Assembly: GCA_964291285.2 (NCBI GenBank)
Contig: OZ219785.1
Span: forward strand, 960,001-1,024,000
DNA length: 64,000 nt
Direction of reading: 5' to 3'
From: Alphaproteobacteria bacterium
Lineage (GTDB): Bacteria; Pseudomonadota; Alphaproteobacteria; Bin95
Notes under the pieces: generated by a model
Told to the model about the DNA's origin: nothing
Seen by the model: the letters and a program-made list of their open reading frames with translations, nothing else
The model's database searches: none
Shown here: positions 55,126 to 64,000 of the stretch, piece by piece
Layout: each line of letters starts with the position of its first letter
Numbering within the stretch: position 1 is the stretch's first letter
Made by a program: the position numbers and the translations under genes

Positions 55126-55565
55126 GTAGAGAACGCCATCAACGACCTGCTGTCGGAAGAATATGAGCAGGTTTCGCCGGCCCGGTTCTTCGCCATGCGT
55201 TCGCTCCGCCAGCCCATCTTCGCCGAGCAATGCACCATAGGGCGCGACATCTACGGCAAGCAGCGCCGCGTCGATTTCATCCTCTACCATCCGCAGCGCT
55301 GGGCGGAGTGCTTGGTCATTCAGTGCAAGTGGCAGGCTTCATCCGGCAGCGTCGATGAGAAGTTCCCCTTCGAGGTGCTGTCGATCCAACTCAACGAATT
55401 CGATACAATCCTCGTGCTGGACGGTGGTGGCTACAGTGCCGGCGCGGAACAGTGGCTTCGCGGACAGGCTGGCAAGAACAAGCTCCGCCATGTCCTAAGC
55501 CTTGGAGAGATCAGCAAGTTTCAAAGTCAGGGGCGACTATAGGGATCGTCTTGTATATAAGTCCC

Positions 55566-55711
55566 TTTCCGATTGACACGAAATCAGGATCTTGGAGGCC
55601 GGAGGCTGCATGAAGGCCATTGCGCAGCAACCACGGAAGGTTCCGAACATGCGTGATGCGGAACAACCATGCGCGGTCGCGGGATATCAGTTGGTTGGGT
55701 GCCACTCTCAC
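55566..55711 (-). pseudogene. darT: DarT toxin, 5' part
   Basis: LFRITHVRNLPWLLRNGL...FVSIG; removing the transposon and one TSD restores a 654-nt in-frame gene. Confidence 0.85.
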
Positions 55712-57441
55712 GCGATCCTGTCGCCCTGCTCGATTTTCGGGGCGGTGCGGTTGTCCATGCCGGGAAGCATCTGGGCCGGGTCGCGGGTGACGACGACATC
55801 GACGACGCTTGGGCGGCCCTGCTCGGCGATGGCCTCGGCGAAGGCGGCGTCGAGGTCGGCCGGGTCCTCGACGCGCACGCCGTGGCAGCCGAGCGCGCGG
55901 GCGGCGTCGGCATAGTTGGTCTCGGAGAGGTCGGAGGACTGGTAGCGGCCTCCGTACATGGCGTGCTGGAGTGCCTTCACATAGCCCGACGCGGCGTTGT
56001 TGACGACCGCCACCGTGACGCCGAGGCCGAGGCGGCGCGCGGTCTCGATCTCGCCCAAGGTCATGTTGAAGCCGCCGTCGCCGGAGAGCGCCACCACCGG
56101 CCGGTCGCCGGCGGCCAGCGCCGCGCCCATGCCGCCCGGCAGGCCGTAGCCGATGGAGGCGAAGCCGCGGTCGGCGATATAGGTGCGGCCGGCCTGCCGC
56201 GTGTCGTAGAGGAGGCCCGTCCAGTGGCCGGCGAAGCCGCCGTCGGCCACCAGTATGCCGTCGTCGGGGAGCGCCGTGCGGATGGCGTGGACCAGCCGCG
56301 CCATGTTGACCGGGACCTCCGCGCTCTCGTAGCGGGCGCGGGCCTCCTCGCGCCAGGCGGCATGGCGGCGGGCGGCCTCGCCGGTCCAGGCGCTGCGGTC
56401 GATGCGCGCGTCGCAGGCCGCCGCCAGGTCGTCGAGGCCGGCCGCGGCGTCGCCCCAGAGGCCGACATGGGCGCGCACGGCGCGGCCGATCTCGCCCGCC
56501 TCGATTTCCAGGTGGATGAGCGGGATATGCGCCGGCGGCAGCGTGTAGCGCTTCGTCGCGATCTCGCCGAGCTTGCAGCCGACCGCGATCAGCGCGTCCG
56601 CCTCCTCGATCAGCCCGTTGGCGATGCGGTCGTAGCGCCCGAACAGGCCGACGGACAGCGGGTGCGTGCAGGCGATGGCGCCCTTGCCGGACATGGTGTG
56701 CGCGACCGGCACGCCATGCGTCTCGGCGAAACGGCGCAGCGCCTCCCAGGCTTCGGAGAGGTGGATGCCGCCGCCGGCGAGCAGCAGCGGGCGCTCGGCG
56801 CGGTCGAGGAGGGCCGCCGCCCGCTCCACCGCCGCCGCATCGGGCCGGCAGCGGAGCGAGGGGATGCGCTTGCACGCCTCGTCCACATAGAGCGCTTCCT
56901 CGCTGAAATCGAACTCGCCATGCGCGATGTCCTCCGGCACGTCGAGGATAACGGGGCCGGGCCGCCCGCCGGTCGCCACCGCGAAGGCGCGGCGCACATG
57001 CTCCGGGATGCGCTCGCCGACCTCGACCCGGATCACCTCCTTCACCGCCGGCGCCAGCATCTCGATCTGGCGGGTCTCCTGGGTCATGTTCTTCCAGGCA
57101 TGCGCCCGGTTGGCGTCGCCCACCACGGCGATCATCGGCACGCCGGCGTTCAGCGACTCCACGAGCGCGGTCAGCAGGTTGGTGGCGCCCGGGCCGAGGG
57201 TCGCATCGACCACGCCCGGCCGCCCGGTCACGCGCGCCCAGGCGTCGGCGGCGAAGGCCCCGCAGCGCTCGTCATTGATGAGCGTGTGGGTCATGCCGAG
57301 CGCGCGCACGCCGTCATAGAAGGGCAGGAGCTGGAAGCCCGCCATGCCCCAGACCGGCGCGCCGCCATAGGCGTTCAGCATTTCGGCGACGGCGCGGCCG
57401 CCATTCATCCGCCGCGTCGGGTCGTTGCGCCGGTCGGTCAT
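55708..57441 (-). CDS. Thiamine pyrophosphate-binding enzyme (acetolactate synthase-like)
   Basis: GPGATN, GRPGPV, GDGGF...NN ThDP motif. Confidence 0.9.
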   Translation of the reverse strand: MTDRRNDPTRRMNGGRAVAEMLNAYGGAPVWGMAGFQLLPFYDGVRALGMTHTLINDERCGAFAADAWARVTGRPGVVDATLGPGATNLLTALVESLNAGVPMIAVVGDANRAHAWKNMTQETRQIEMLAPAVKEVIRVEVGERIPEHVRRAFAVATGGRPGPVILDVPEDIAHGEFDFSEEALYVDEACKRIPSLRCRPDAAAVERAAALLDRAERPLLLAGGGIHLSEAWEALRRFAETHGVPVAHTMSGKGAIACTHPLSVGLFGRYDRIANGLIEEADALIAVGCKLGEIATKRYTLPPAHIPLIHLEIEAGEIGRAVRAHVGLWGDAAAGLDDLAAACDARIDRSAWTGEAARRHAAWREEARARYESAEVPVNMARLVHAIRTALPDDGILVADGGFAGHWTGLLYDTRQAGRTYIADRGFASIGYGLPGGMGAALAAGDRPVVALSGDGGFNMTLGEIETARRLGLGVTVAVVNNAASGYVKALQHAMYGGRYQSSDLSETNYADAARALGCHGVRVEDPADLDAAFAEAIAEQGRPSVVDVVVTRDPAQMLPGMDNRTAPKIEQGDRIA

Positions 57442-58208
57442 GCGAAAAGCTCCGCGAATTGGGGGACGGTCATGCCGGGCGCGGCACCCGCCGCGCGGGC
57501 CAGGCTGTTGACGGCGGAAAGCCGCCCGGTGTTCCAGAGCGAGCGGGCGTCGCCGATGCGCGCGGTCGCGCCCGCAACCGCCGCGGCCGGCACGCCCATG
57601 CCGGCGCAGGGCTCCAGCCGGCCGATTCCCGCTCCGTCGCAGCCCATGCCGGCATCGTGGCAGACGACGGCGCGCACGACATGGTGGATGACATAGCCCG
57701 GATTGGCCGGCAGCAGGGCGCCGTGGCTGCCGGAAACGACCGCCTTGTCACCGTCCGAGGCTTCGAGCAGCGAGAGCGAGTCGAGGCCGACCACGCCCGG
57801 CGCGAGTTCCATGCGGGCCTCTTCCAGCGGCGGCAGGACACCCGATGGGTCCGGCGCTTCGGCAAGCAGTGCGCCGGCTTCCGCCGCGCCCATGCCGATG
57901 CGGCAACCGGCGCGGGCGGCGGCCTCGTTGATGGCGGAGAGCACGCCCCGCCGGGCCATGTCGGCGCCGTCGCCGATGCGCGCGCTCATATGGTCGATGG
58001 CGGCGGCGCCCATGCCGATCCTGTCCAGCAGGGCAAGCGCGCCGGCGCCCGCCCGGTCGAGCCCGAAGCCGGCGTCGTTCAGCATCACGGCGCGCAGGCC
58101 CGCCTTCGCGGCCACGCCGGCGCAATAGGCCCCGCCATGGCTGCCTGCCAGTACCACGCGGCCGCGATGGCCGGGTTCGACATGGGTAATCGAGTCGATG
58201 ACGATCAT
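57438..58208 (-). CDS. Conserved hypothetical protein with internal duplication
   Basis: Two repeats of DS....SHG...DAG.G...AG....L...G..AAA......RIGD; coupled to the ThDP gene. Confidence 0.7.
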   Translation of the reverse strand: MIVIDSITHVEPGHRGRVVLAGSHGGAYCAGVAAKAGLRAVMLNDAGFGLDRAGAGALALLDRIGMGAAAIDHMSARIGDGADMARRGVLSAINEAAARAGCRIGMGAAEAGALLAEAPDPSGVLPPLEEARMELAPGVVGLDSLSLLEASDGDKAVVSGSHGALLPANPGYVIHHVVRAVVCHDAGMGCDGAGIGRLEPCAGMGVPAAAVAGATARIGDARSLWNTGRLSAVNSLARAAGAAPGMTVPQFAELFA

Positions 58209-58230
58209 GGGGTCTCCCGCGGGCTGGCGG

Positions 58231-59655
58231 TCAGGCGGTGAAGACGGGCTTGTCGCCGGGGGCGGGGGTGCCGGAGAAGGCGCCGGCCTGCATCACGGCC
58301 ATGCGGCCGCCATGGGCCTCGACCAGCGCATTCTGGCTTGCCCGCGCGCGCCGGTGGACCTCGTCCGGGTCGCAGACCTCGCGCATCGCCGCCGTGAGCC
58401 GGGCGGCCGTCTCCGGCTCGCTCGCAGCCAGATTCCGGCGCTCCCCGGGGTCGGCTTCGAGGTCGAACAGCTCCGGTTCGAAACCGGTGTAGCGGATGAG
58501 CTTCCACCTGCCCTGCCGCAGCATGAAGCAGCCCGAGACGGCCCCGGCCGCGTGATATTCGCTGAACACGGCGCGCGCCGGCTCGTCGCCGAGCGTCCAG
58601 AGCGAGCGGCCGGGGAGCGCGGGGTCGGTTTCGAGGCCCGCGCATTCGAGGATCGCCGGGTGGCAGTCCAGCAGCGAGGCCGGCGTTTCCGAGACCCGCC
58701 CCTCCGGCACGCCCGGCCCGGCGGCGATGAGCGGCACGCGGACCGCCTCCTCATACATGTTCGACTTGCCCCAGAGCCCCCGCACGCCGAGATTCTCGCC
58801 GTGGTCGCTGCTGTAGATCACGCGCGTATCCCCGGCGAGCCCGGTGTCGGCCAGCGCGGCCAGCACGCGGCCGATATTGTCGTCGAGGAAGGAGCAGAGG
58901 CCGTAATAGGAGGCGATGGCGACCCGGCGCGCCTCGTCGTTGAAGAAGCTGTCATAGGGCTGGGCCTCGGCATAGGCCTCGATCCAGGGGTGGCGCGGCC
59001 GGCGGCGGTAGTCCCTCGGCAGCGGCATGTCGGCCGGGTCGTAGAGGGCGAAGAAGGGCTCGGGCGCAATCAGCGGGAAATGCGGGCAGACGAAGGAGAC
59101 GAACAGCATCCACGGGCCCTCCGCCGCCGGGGCCTCTTCGCCCAGCCAGCGCACCGCCTCGTCCGCGATCGCCCGGTCGTAGCGCGTATAGCCGCTCTCG
59201 CCGGGGCCGATCTCGCGCGAGAATTTGGCCCCGCCGAAGCGGATCGGCATCGGGTCCTTGATCGCGCCATACACATCGCCCTTGCCGTCCACGACATGCA
59301 TCGGGCGGATCTGGGTGTCGAAGCCGGTCGGGTCCGCCTCGTCGCGGTAATGCAGCTTGCCGATGGACAGCACAGGGCGGCCCGCCGCCTGCAGCGCATG
59401 GCCCCAGCCGGGAACGCTGCCGTCATAGGGGTGGCCATTGTCCCAGGCGCCGATCTCGTGGACATGGCGCCCGGTGGCGAAGGCGGCGCGGGCCGGCACG
59501 CAGATCGGCGAGGGCGTGTAGGCGCTGGAAAAGAGCGTGCCCCGCGCCGCCAGCGTGTCCAGGTTCGGCGTCTTCACGAAGGGATGGCCGGCGACCCCCA
59601 TGGCATTGGCGCTATGCTCGTCGGACATGATGAAAAGCAGATTTTGCGGCTGCAT
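58231..59655 (-). CDS. Sulfatase family hydrolase (choline-sulfatase-like)
   Basis: SDEH, CVPAR (CxPxR), GKLH, SDHGE, KSNMYE. Confidence 0.9.
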   Translation of the reverse strand: MQPQNLLFIMSDEHSANAMGVAGHPFVKTPNLDTLAARGTLFSSAYTPSPICVPARAAFATGRHVHEIGAWDNGHPYDGSVPGWGHALQAAGRPVLSIGKLHYRDEADPTGFDTQIRPMHVVDGKGDVYGAIKDPMPIRFGGAKFSREIGPGESGYTRYDRAIADEAVRWLGEEAPAAEGPWMLFVSFVCPHFPLIAPEPFFALYDPADMPLPRDYRRRPRHPWIEAYAEAQPYDSFFNDEARRVAIASYYGLCSFLDDNIGRVLAALADTGLAGDTRVIYSSDHGENLGVRGLWGKSNMYEEAVRVPLIAAGPGVPEGRVSETPASLLDCHPAILECAGLETDPALPGRSLWTLGDEPARAVFSEYHAAGAVSGCFMLRQGRWKLIRYTGFEPELFDLEADPGERRNLAASEPETAARLTAAMREVCDPDEVHRRARASQNALVEAHGGRMAVMQAGAFSGTPAPGDKPVFTA

Positions 59656-59795
59656 GGCGCGACGTCTCTCCGCCCGGAGCGGGCAGGCGGGATTGAAGCC
59701 GATTGCCCCGCACTTTCCAAGCCGGCCCGGCTGCGAAACCTTGTGCGGCGCCGGCGGCCGGCCGCGAACGGATCTGCGATGAGGCGAGGAACGCC

Positions 59796-61040
59796 ATGAA
59801 CCACACGACCGCAGAGGCTTCCGCATCCGGGCCGTTGCAGGGGCTGCGGGTCATCGAGCTCGGCTCGACCGTGGCCGCTCCCTTTTGCGCGCGCCTGTTC
59901 GCCGATTTCGGCGCCGATGTCATCAAGGTGGAGCAGGCCGACGGCGATGCCGTGCGCTCCATGGGCCGGCGGAAGGACGGCCGCTCCCTCTATGCGGCCT
60001 CGATCCTACGGGGCAAGCGGCTGGTCTCCATCGACCTCAGGAGCGAAGCCGGCCGGGACCTCGCCCGCCGCCTCTGCCAGGGCGCGGACATCCTGGTCGA
60101 GAACTTCCGCCCCGGCACGCTGGAGCGCTGGGGGCTCGGCTACGAGGCGTTGAGCGCGGGCAATCCGGGGCTGGTCATGGTCCGGATCAGCGGCTTCGGC
60201 CAGACCGGCCCGGCCAGCGGCCGGAGCGGCTACGGGGTGGTGTGCGAGGCCGTGAGCGGGCTCAGGGACCTGACCGGCGAGCCCGATGCGCCGCCGCCGC
60301 GCATGAACACCTCGCTTACCGACTATATCGCCGGGCTCTACGCCGCCTTCGGCGCCTTGACGGCCCTGCAGGAGCGCGCCCGCACCGGCCGCGGGCAGGT
60401 GGTGGATGCGGCGCTCCATGAAGCGGCGTTCACCTTCATGGAGCCGCATGTGCCGGCCTTCGACAAGCTAGGCGCGGTCGCCGCCCGGGCTGGCCACCGC
60501 CTGCCCGGCAACACCCCCAACTCGCTCTACGAAACGCGGGACGGCCGCCATGTCGTCATCGCCGCGGCGGCCGACGCTGTCTGGCGGCGGCTCGCGCATG
60601 CGATGGGCCGTCCCGGCCTCGGGGCCGACCCGCGCTTCGCCACCGCCCGGGACCGCGCCGCGAACGCCGATGCCTGCGAGGAGCTGGTGGCCGGCTGGGC
60701 GGGAACGCTCGACCTCGACGCCCTGCTGGCGGCGCTGGAGGCCGGGGGCGTGCCGGCGGCCCCGATCTACAATGTGGCCGACATCTTCGCCGACCCCCAC
60801 TACCGGGCGCGGGACATGCTGGCGGAGGCGCCCGATCCGGAATGGGGGAGCGTGACCGTGACGGGCGTGGTGCCGAAGCTCTCGGCCACACCGGGCCGCA
60901 TCTGCTGGGCCGGCCGCGAAACGGGCGCCGACACGGCGTCCGTGCTGCAGGGCGAACTGGGTCTGGACGATGAGGAACTCGCCAGCCTCGCAACCGACGG
61001 TGCCGTGGCGGGCGCGGGCCTGCCCCGGGTGAAGCGGTAG
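59796..61040 (+). CDS. CaiB/BaiF family III CoA transferase
   Basis: FGADVIKVE, ENFRPG, SGFGQTGP, catalytic Asp in TDYIAG. Confidence 0.92.
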   Translation: MNHTTAEASASGPLQGLRVIELGSTVAAPFCARLFADFGADVIKVEQADGDAVRSMGRRKDGRSLYAASILRGKRLVSIDLRSEAGRDLARRLCQGADILVENFRPGTLERWGLGYEALSAGNPGLVMVRISGFGQTGPASGRSGYGVVCEAVSGLRDLTGEPDAPPPRMNTSLTDYIAGLYAAFGALTALQERARTGRGQVVDAALHEAAFTFMEPHVPAFDKLGAVAARAGHRLPGNTPNSLYETRDGRHVVIAAAADAVWRRLAHAMGRPGLGADPRFATARDRAANADACEELVAGWAGTLDLDALLAALEAGGVPAAPIYNVADIFADPHYRARDMLAEAPDPEWGSVTVTGVVPKLSATPGRICWAGRETGADTASVLQGELGLDDEELASLATDGAVAGAGLPRVKR

Positions 61041-61064
61041 CCTTACCCCGTGTCCAGCCCACAA

Positions 61065-61171
61065 TCGTCACCCCGGCCGGAGCGAAGCGGAGAGCCGGGG
61101 TCCATCTCCCGCCGGTCCTGCCATATTCGGACGATCGAGGCTGGGCCCCGGATCGGGGTCCGGGGCGACGA
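61065..61171. repeat. REP-like palindromic element
   Basis: Terminal inverted tcgtcaccccgg / ccggggcgacga with internal hairpins. Confidence 0.6.
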
Positions 61172-61201
61172 ACCCGAGGCGCGGCCGGGTCGATTTCTGT
61201 C

Positions 61202-61400
61202 CTATTCCCCGATAAATCGCGGCGGGCGTTTCTCGACCCACGCGGTATAGCCTTCCCGGCTGTCATGCGTGTCGTCCAGCGGGTCCCGGAGCGCCCGCGA
61301 AAGCGCCGTCGCCGAGGACAGGTCCATATCGACGCTCTGCCGGATCAGCCGCTCACGATGTCCCGCGCGACGGCCATGGTCTCCTCCGCTGGCCTGTCTT
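61202..61400 (-). pseudogene. 3' remnant of an enoyl-CoA hydratase gene
   Basis: ..THDSREGYTAWVEKRPPRFIGE* crotonase C-terminus with no upstream body. Confidence 0.6.
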
Positions 61401-61453
61401 CCTCTCCGGCCAGAGGATAGTGTGGCACGGACCGGGGCGGGCGGGGGCGGCCA

Positions 61454-62236
61454 ATGGCGATAATCGGCAAGATCCTGGGCGGGGTGCTGGGCTTTGCGGT
61501 CGGCGGGCCGCTCGGCGCGCTGATCGGCGCGGCCGCCGGCCACGGCCTCATCGACCGGGGCCGCAGCCGCGCGGCCTTGGAAGGCAACGGGGCGGACGAG
61601 GAGCAGGCCGGCGTGATGTTCGCGCTCGGCGTCATCGCCCTTTCGGCAAAGGTCGCAAAGGCCGACGGCACGGTCACGCGCGATGAAATCCGGACCTTCC
61701 AGCGCATCTTCCCGTTCGACCCGGACGAACGGGGCCGGATCGCCGACCTTTACAACGAGGCGCGCCGGAGCCCGGAGGGTTTCGAGGCCTATGCCGCGCA
61801 GGTGCGGGACGCGCTCGCGGCGAAGCCGGAACTGCTGGCCGAGGTGGTGGATGCGCTCTACGCCATTGCCGCGGCGGACGGGGAGCTGCACGCGGCGGAA
61901 GAGCGGATGATTGCCGAGATCGGCGCGATCTTCGGCCTCGGCGGTTACGAGATGGCCTCGCTCCGCGCCCGCCATGCCTCCGGCCCGGGCGCCGGGGCAG
62001 GCGCCGCGAGCGACGGGGGCAGGGGCGCTGCGGACGCCTATGCCGTGCTCGGCGTGGAGCCGGGCGCCTCGGACGATGAGCTGCGCGCCGCACACCGCAA
62101 GCTCGTGCTGACCTACCACCCCGACAAGCTGGCTTCGAAGGGCCTGCCGGAGGAGTTCATGGAGCTTGCCAACGACCGGCTCGCCGCCATCAACGCCGCC
62201 TATGAAACCGTGACGAAGGAGCGCCGGGCACGCTGA
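61454..62236 (+). CDS. djlA: DjlA-like co-chaperone (TerB-like + J domain)
   Basis: GKILGG..G...GGPLGA.IG, KADG.V..DE, YHPDK, INAAYE. Confidence 0.82.
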   Translation: MAIIGKILGGVLGFAVGGPLGALIGAAAGHGLIDRGRSRAALEGNGADEEQAGVMFALGVIALSAKVAKADGTVTRDEIRTFQRIFPFDPDERGRIADLYNEARRSPEGFEAYAAQVRDALAAKPELLAEVVDALYAIAAADGELHAAEERMIAEIGAIFGLGGYEMASLRARHASGPGAGAGAASDGGRGAADAYAVLGVEPGASDDELRAAHRKLVLTYHPDKLASKGLPEEFMELANDRLAAINAAYETVTKERRAR

Positions 62237-62373
62237 CTCCTGCCGCCGGCGCGGTCCCCGGAAGCTCCCGATTTCGCTTTGTTTTTCCGGGCCGGTCTGG
62301 CAGGGTTGCCGTCCTGCACTGCCGTCGATCCGAGCGGAGCGCGATACTCGACATGTAACGGAGGAGGCTGCCG

Positions 62374-63630
62374 ATGACCCGCCTGAAACAACCAACCCGG
62401 CGCGATTTCATGAGAACCGCCGCCGCGGGAGCCGGCGCCGCCGCATTTTCCACCGTGTTCCCGGCCATCTCGGCCGATGCCGACGATGCGATCCTGGTCG
62501 GCGGCCTGCACGACCTCTCCGGCTTCATCGATTTCGCTGGCATCCCGATGAACCAGATCATGCTGATGGCCATCGAGGAGATCAACGCGCAGGGCGGCCT
62601 GCTCGGCCGCGAGGTCAAGGGCGTCGTTTACGATCCCCAGTCCAACATGTCGCTCTATTCGCAATACGCCACGCAGCTTGCGCTGAAGGACAAGGTCGCG
62701 GTCGTCATGGGGGGCATCACCAGCGCCAGCCGCGAGACCATCCGCCCGATCTTCCACCGCTTCAAGACGCTCTATTTCTACAACACGCTCTATGAGGGCG
62801 GCGTTTGCGACCGCAACGAGATCACGCTCGGCACGACGCCCGCGCAGACCGTCGAGCAGCTTGTGCCGCACACCATGAATCTGTGGGGCAAGAAGGTCTA
62901 TACCATCGCGGCGGACTACAATTACGGCCAGATCACCGCCGCCTGGGTGAAACGCTATGTCGAGCAGAACGGCGGCGAGGTGCTGTCCACCGACTTCTTC
63001 CCGCTGGACGTGACCAATTTCGGCCCGACGATCTCCAAGATCCAGGAAGCGAAGCCGGACATGGTGATGTCGGTCCTGGTCGGCACCGGCCATCTCGGCT
63101 TCTACAACCAGTGGGCCGCGGGCGGCATGAAGGACGAGATCCCGATCGCGTCCACGACCTTCGGGGCGGCGGGCGCGGAGATCGAGATCATCGCGCCGGA
63201 AGTCGCCAACGGCATCATCACCTGCTACGGCTACTACCCGCAGATCGACTCGCCGATGAACAATGCCTGGGTCGAGTCGGTCAGGACGCGCTATCCGGAC
63301 GACACGCCCTTCCTGACGGAGCTCTCGGCGTTCACCTGGGAAGGCATGATGATCTGGGCAGACGCGGTGCGGACCGCGGGCAGCCTCGACCGCATGGCGC
63401 TCATCGAGGTGATGGAGTCGGGCAAGGAATACGAGTTCCCGTCCGGCAAGGTCACCATCGACCGCAAGACCCACCATGCGATCCGGGACGTCTATGTGGC
63501 GGACCTCCAGGACAAGAAGTTCGTCATCAAGGAGAAGTTCTCCCAGGTCCAGCCCGTGGACACCCAGACCGTCTGTGACCTCGAGAAGGATCCGAACGCC
63601 AACAAGCACTACGAAATCTCGCTGAATTAG
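62374..63630 (+). CDS. ABC transporter substrate-binding protein (urea/amide UrtA/AmiC-like), Tat-exported
   Basis: TRRDF Tat motif; EINAQGGLLGR, TSASRE, YEGG, DYNYG. Confidence 0.85.
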   Translation: MTRLKQPTRRDFMRTAAAGAGAAAFSTVFPAISADADDAILVGGLHDLSGFIDFAGIPMNQIMLMAIEEINAQGGLLGREVKGVVYDPQSNMSLYSQYATQLALKDKVAVVMGGITSASRETIRPIFHRFKTLYFYNTLYEGGVCDRNEITLGTTPAQTVEQLVPHTMNLWGKKVYTIAADYNYGQITAAWVKRYVEQNGGEVLSTDFFPLDVTNFGPTISKIQEAKPDMVMSVLVGTGHLGFYNQWAAGGMKDEIPIASTTFGAAGAEIEIIAPEVANGIITCYGYYPQIDSPMNNAWVESVRTRYPDDTPFLTELSAFTWEGMMIWADAVRTAGSLDRMALIEVMESGKEYEFPSGKVTIDRKTHHAIRDVYVADLQDKKFVIKEKFSQVQPVDTQTVCDLEKDPNANKHYEISLN

Positions 63631-63688
63631 AAGACCTTGCCGCTTGTCCGTCGCCCCGCCGGCCGGGGCGGCGGCGCGGGGTTCGTTC

Positions 63689-64000
63689 ATGGATTACGCC
63701 CTTATCGTCCTCATAGAGCTCCTGCGCGCCGTGGCGGGGCTGGTGCTCATCGCGGCCGGGCTCGCGATCATCTTCGGCATGATGCGGGTCATCAACATCG
63801 CCCATGGCGAGTTCCTGATGCTGGGCGGCTACACCGTGGTGCTGACAACCAAGCTGGGCGTGAACCTCTGGGTCGCGATCCTGGTGCTGGCGCCGCTGTT
63901 CGTGGGCGTGTTCGGCATTATCGTCGAGCGCTGCATCATCCAGTTCCTCTACAACCGCCTGCTGGATTCCATCCTCGCGACCTGGGGGTTGAGCCTGCTC
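63689..64000 (+). CDS. Branched-chain/urea ABC transporter permease, 3'-truncated by window edge
   Basis: GLAIIFGMMRVINIAHGEFLMLGGY, ATWGLSL. Confidence 0.85.
   Translation, partial: MDYALIVLIELLRAVAGLVLIAAGLAIIFGMMRVINIAHGEFLMLGGYTVVLTTKLGVNLWVAILVLAPLFVGVFGIIVERCIIQFLYNRLLDSILATWGLSLL

Larger units (their letters stand above)
53069..55542 (+). pseudogene. PD-(D/E)XK endonuclease (putative cognate REase) split by IS1634 element
   Basis: MARGARANRRGRTL (53069-53110) joins in frame to ENAINDLL...RVDFIL..IQCKWQ..SGSVDEK (55129-55542), 151 aa reconstructed. Confidence 0.8.
51226..55565 (+). mobile_element. IS1595-family transposon with passenger restriction-modification genes
   Basis: 23-bp imperfect TIRs gggaactatatacttgacgatcc / gggacttatatacaagacgatcc (reverse complement); 8-bp TSD tttccgat at 51218-51225 and 55566-55573. 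Confidence 0.9.

Noticed and set aside
55511-56875. 454-aa minus-strand ORF as a real gene
   Set aside because: Only its last ~50 codons before the TIR are meaningful (the darT 5' fragment); the rest is an alternative frame of the ThDP gene.

Overview
GC-rich chromosomal window, most likely from an alphaproteobacterium of Rhodospirillales type (inferred from alaS, acnA, the HTH-S24 repressor family and a GAAC-N7-GAAC LexA box). Most of it is housekeeping and catabolic genes: CoA ligases, LLM monooxygenases, hutU, acnA, alaS, a copper amine oxidase, a sulfatase and an ABC transporter. Four things stand out. (1) 31.7-43.9 kb is a compact podovirus/T7-like head-tail-packaging cluster (portal, scaffold, capsid, tail tubular A/B, internal virion protein, terminase, holins). 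It has no integrase, replication or RNA polymerase genes, has host-like composition, and carries a divergent HTH-S24 repressor, an SOS box and an internal terminator. It is a candidate podovirus-derived gene-transfer-agent-like system. (2) 49.6-55.7 kb is a nested defence/mobile locus. darT of a DarTG system is split by an IS1595-family transposon (8-bp TSD). That transposon carries a Dam-like methyltransferase frameshifted in a G12 tract and a PD-(D/E)XK endonuclease that is itself split by an IS1634-family element. (3) A UGA-recoded GrdB/PrdB-like selenoprotein with a SECIS-like hairpin. (4) An unexplained ~460-bp dispersed intergenic element upstream of both hutU and alaS, plus REP-like repeats, one inserted in frame in the portal gene. 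I saw no rRNA, tRNA or CRISPR array. All family assignments come from motif recognition by eye, not database searches.
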